A stretch of DNA of 64,000 bases from an uncultured Acidobacteriota bacterium (GTDB lineage: Bacteria > Acidobacteriota > Blastocatellia > RBC074), in contig CAWCGF010000039.1 of NCBI GenBank assembly GCA_963794955.1, positions 268,262 to 332,261 of the forward strand, in the 5' to 3' direction. Shown piece by piece: positions 61,306 to 64,000 of this stretch (positions are counted from its first letter, which is position 1; every line of letters starts with the position of its first letter). The translations under genes were made by a program, and so were the position numbers. A model generated the notes under the pieces. That model ran no database searches. It was not told the origin of the DNA and saw only the letters and a list, made by a program, of their open reading frames with translations.

Positions 61306-63317
61306 TTTTGCGCTACTTGATTCAGACGTGCAGCGCCGGTTTGTAAAAAACGAATGAACTCATTTTTGTCACGCGTCAGGCCGGGGAACTTCGATAACTC
61401 TTTGCCCTCAGGTGTAACGACGACGTAAAGCGGCAGGGCGACGGTGCCAAAGTTTTTCTCCTGAATCTGCCCGTGCCGTTCGTCTTCTGGCGTTTGGCGA
61501 TCTGTATATAGCTCAGCCAGCACGAAATTTTCCAGCACTTTTTTCACTTCTGGCTCGACCAACAGATTACTTTCCATCCAACGACAATTGGTGCAGGTAA
61601 CGCCCGTAAAATTCAGAAACAGGGGCTTATTTGTCGCTTTCGCCTGCGCCAGCGCCTGATCATAATTCAATATCCATTTATGCTCTGCCGTTTGGGTTGG
61701 GCCGGTGGAACTCACACTCAGGTTTCTGGGCGGCAGCATGCCTTCAAAGCCGCCGAGGTTACCGCCAAACATGCCGGTTAGAAAATAAAACGCGAGTCCC
61801 AGAAAAAACACACTCAGCAGCATCCGCATCACGCCCAGATTTTTGATCGGCGTATCAAAAGGTAATTGGAATTTGCCGAGCAGGTAAATCGCCGTGACCA
61901 CCGCAATCGCAATCCAGCCCGATAAAATCACGTCGCGTGAAACCATGTTCCATCCCCAAACCAAATCCACATTGCTCAGGAATTTGAAAGCCGCCGCCAA
62001 CTCTATAAATCCCATCACGACTTTCACACTGTTGAGCCAACCACCTGATGACGGCAAGGATTTCAACCAATGCGGGAAAATTGACAGCAAGAAGAAAGGC
62101 AACGCAAAGGCGCTCGAAAACGCCAACATCCCGATGATAGACCAAAACCATTCGCCTTGCGTCGCAAACACGAGCACTTGCCCAACGAATGCGACCGTGC
62201 AAGTAAATGAAGTCAGCGTGAACACCAGGCCCATCAACAACGTTGCGCCGATGCCCCCGGTACGCGTTTGCGAATCAAGCTTTGAGACAAAACTCGTTGG
62301 CATGCGAATCTCGAACAAACCGAACAAATTTAGTGCCAGGGTCACAAACAAGGCCGTCAGGAATAAGTTCATCCACGGATTCGCCGCCAGTCGGTTAATG
62401 CCCGCCGCGCCTCCGATCAACGTCATCAATAAACCCAGCCCGGTAAAAGTGAAAATAATGCCGAGTGCATAAATGGAGGCGTGCCCGATGGCCTGCCCGC
62501 GCGAAGCCTGTTCGCGTTTGGTGAAGTATGAAACCGTGATCGGAATCATCGGAAACACACACGGCGTCAGCAAAGCGAGCAAGCCCGAAATGATGGCAAA
62601 CCAGATATAACCCAACAGTCCGCGACTCTTCAATTCTGCGGCAGTTGTGCCGGCTGCCGCACCACTATCTGTTGGCGGCGTGGTGCCAAGTGCCTCAGAC
62701 GGCGTGGTGCTTGGACTAGGCGAAGGCGAGGGCGACACGCTCGGAGAAGGACTGGGACTAGGTGACGGTGAAGGCGAAATACTCGGGCTGGGGCTGGGCG
62801 AGGGCGATACAGTAGGCGCGGACATGGCTACAGCCGACGCCTGCGCAATCATCACGTCTACTTCCAGCGGTCGGGTACGCGGCGGCAAGCAAGTCGTTTC
62901 GTTGCAAACTTGAAAGGTGATTTTGGCAATGGCCTTTTGTGTGCCGACAGCAGCGTCTGGCTTCACCCGCATGGGAATCGTGAAATTTACCGTGCCCTCA
63001 TACGTTTCCGTGTCAATCTCAAAGTTCGGATCATAGGCCTTCTTCGCTTTGGGGGACTGAAGGTTGCCTTCCTGCACAAACACGGGAGATTCGTCCAATA
63101 CAATTCTGGTCGAACGTGGTGGGGGCTTTTGCTCCAATGAATATAAATGCCAGCCGGGATCAAGCGCAACCGTCAGAACAAACTTGGCTTTGTCGCCAGA
63201 TTTAACCTGCGCGGGTTCTACTTTAGCGGACAGGTTCACCGGATTTTGTGCCAACGCGGCGGCAGCGAACAAGGCAGCAAGGCAAATGAGCAAACTAACT
63301 TTTTTCCAATCCATCAT
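61299..63317 (-). CDS. dsbD: thiol:disulfide interchange protein DsbD (N-terminal periplasmic domain, SP-repeat linker, transmembrane core, C-terminal thioredoxin domain)
   Basis: Signal peptide. Membrane core with CVFPMIP. C-terminal thioredoxin CTNC (FTGVTCTNCRWME). A 33-residue (SP)n linker is encoded by a tandem-repetitive DNA at ~62700-62830. Confidence 0.85.
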   Translation of the reverse strand: MMDWKKVSLLICLAALFAAAALAQNPVNLSAKVEPAQVKSGDKAKFVLTVALDPGWHLYSLEQKPPPRSTRIVLDESPVFVQEGNLQSPKAKKAYDPNFEIDTETYEGTVNFTIPMRVKPDAAVGTQKAIAKITFQVCNETTCLPPRTRPLEVDVMIAQASAVAMSAPTVSPSPSPSPSISPSPSPSPSPSPSVSPSPSPSPSTTPSEALGTTPPTDSGAAAGTTAAELKSRGLLGYIWFAIISGLLALLTPCVFPMIPITVSYFTKREQASRGQAIGHASIYALGIIFTFTGLGLLMTLIGGAAGINRLAANPWMNLFLTALFVTLALNLFGLFEIRMPTSFVSKLDSQTRTGGIGATLLMGLVFTLTSFTCTVAFVGQVLVFATQGEWFWSIIGMLAFSSAFALPFFLLSIFPHWLKSLPSSGGWLNSVKVVMGFIELAAAFKFLSNVDLVWGWNMVSRDVILSGWIAIAVVTAIYLLGKFQLPFDTPIKNLGVMRMLLSVFFLGLAFYFLTGMFGGNLGGFEGMLPPRNLSVSSTGPTQTAEHKWILNYDQALAQAKATNKPLFLNFTGVTCTNCRWMESNLLVEPEVKKVLENFVLAELYTDRQTPEDERHGQIQEKNFGTVALPLYVVVTPEGKELSKFPGLTRDKNEFIRFLQTGAARLNQVAQNR

Positions 63318-63569
63318 GGCGAATGTTCCTTCTCTCCGTAATTGCGGCAGGATTTTAGCACAGCCAGTCTTGCCAAGTCGTGCGCGCAACCCTCTAAAAA
63401 AACGAGAGGGGCGAGATGCAGAAAAAATACGCCCCGTGTTTCTGCTCTCGGCCCCAATCTTTGCCGCTCTTGCTGCCTGCGACGCCGCTGCAAAATACGA
63501 CACTCCGTATATTGCAACACGCGCGCTTAATATTCCCCATCGCCAAATTCTCGTAGCCAGACTGATCTT

Positions 63570-63986
63570 TTACGAGGACTTGGCAGCCCGCAATTCCGCG
63601 ATTTTCTTAAATCGCTCTTTGAAAAGCTGAATCCGCCGTGCACCATCAGGCTGATTCGTCACCAGTTGTTCCAGGTTTTTCATGTACTGCGGGCCAAAGA
63701 TTTCGCGCAAGTCCGGCACCAGGTCGCCCATCTTCGCCCAGACCGCCAGATATTCGCCATTGGTATCGTAAAACAATTGGGCATCAATCGTGCCGTGATT
63801 AACCAGCGCCGCCGCCATATCCCAATAGCTGGAAGCTTGCCGAAAATAGGCGCTCTTTTCTGGATCAGTCATCACCATATCCATCAAGTCTTTGGCGCTT
63901 GTGGGCATAAAGTCCGGGCTGAAAATGAAGCCGCGCGCCTTGCGCATGGTTTCCTCGCGGCGCAATTCATAAAGTTCTAAAATCAA
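63570..63986 (-). CDS. hypothetical protein (138 aa)
   Basis: ORF with good coding appearance. No family recognised. Confidence 0.4.
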   Translation of the reverse strand: MILELYELRREETMRKARGFIFSPDFMPTSAKDLMDMVMTDPEKSAYFRQASSYWDMAAALVNHGTIDAQLFYDTNGEYLAVWAKMGDLVPDLREIFGPQYMKNLEQLVTNQPDGARRIQLFKERFKKIAELRAAKSS

Positions 63987-64000
63987 TTTCGCATCTTCTG

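Overview
High-GC bacterial chromosome segment, most likely from an Acidobacteria-type soil organism. The closest family matches (CE15 glucuronoyl esterase, DUF1592/DUF1501 pair, TIGR03663-like membrane protein, MoxR/DUF58) fit that placement. About 60 protein-coding genes are dense on both strands. No rRNA, tRNA or CRISPR array was recognisable by eye. Three blocks stand out. (i) groEL at 1621..3264 lacks groES and a CIRCE operator but is embedded in four copies of a palindromic hairpin repeat, each sitting 15-25 nt upstream of a start codon (of a small hypothetical ORF, groEL, a yegP-like gene, rpoZ). (ii) A periplasmic carbohydrate/glycoside-oxidation island spans 18.7-40.9 kb. It holds two esterases (one fused to a xylose-isomerase-like domain), a TolB-like propeller, a DUF1592 cytochrome/DUF1501 pair, secreted S9-like hydrolases, uxuA-like and enolase-superfamily dehydratases, a three-part GMC dehydrogenase with a small pentaheme cytochrome c, a CE15 esterase and thioredoxins. 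(iii) The 3' third carries a B3-type metallo-beta-lactamase candidate, a rhodanese, a PEP-mutase/ICL-family enzyme, a decayed region with gene remnants, an M4 thermolysin-like protease, a REC-PAS-GGDEF-EAL regulator, a VIT-vWA protein, yceH and dsbD. Cross-cutting observations: a previously unannotated ~185 bp MITE-like element with terminal inverted repeats is present in two copies (31.1 kb and 58.8 kb). There are at least three short hairpin-repeat families. An unusual number of conserved genes are split by single-base frameshifts (hemD, uxuA, GMC oxidoreductase, an S9-hydrolase paralog, an LRR gene), which points to indel sequencing errors, real pseudogenisation, or both. A two-gene cassette (small protein plus retropepsin-like aspartic protease) sits between the normally adjacent DUF1592 and DUF1501 genes. 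All functional calls are from motif recognition by eye; no database searches were run.
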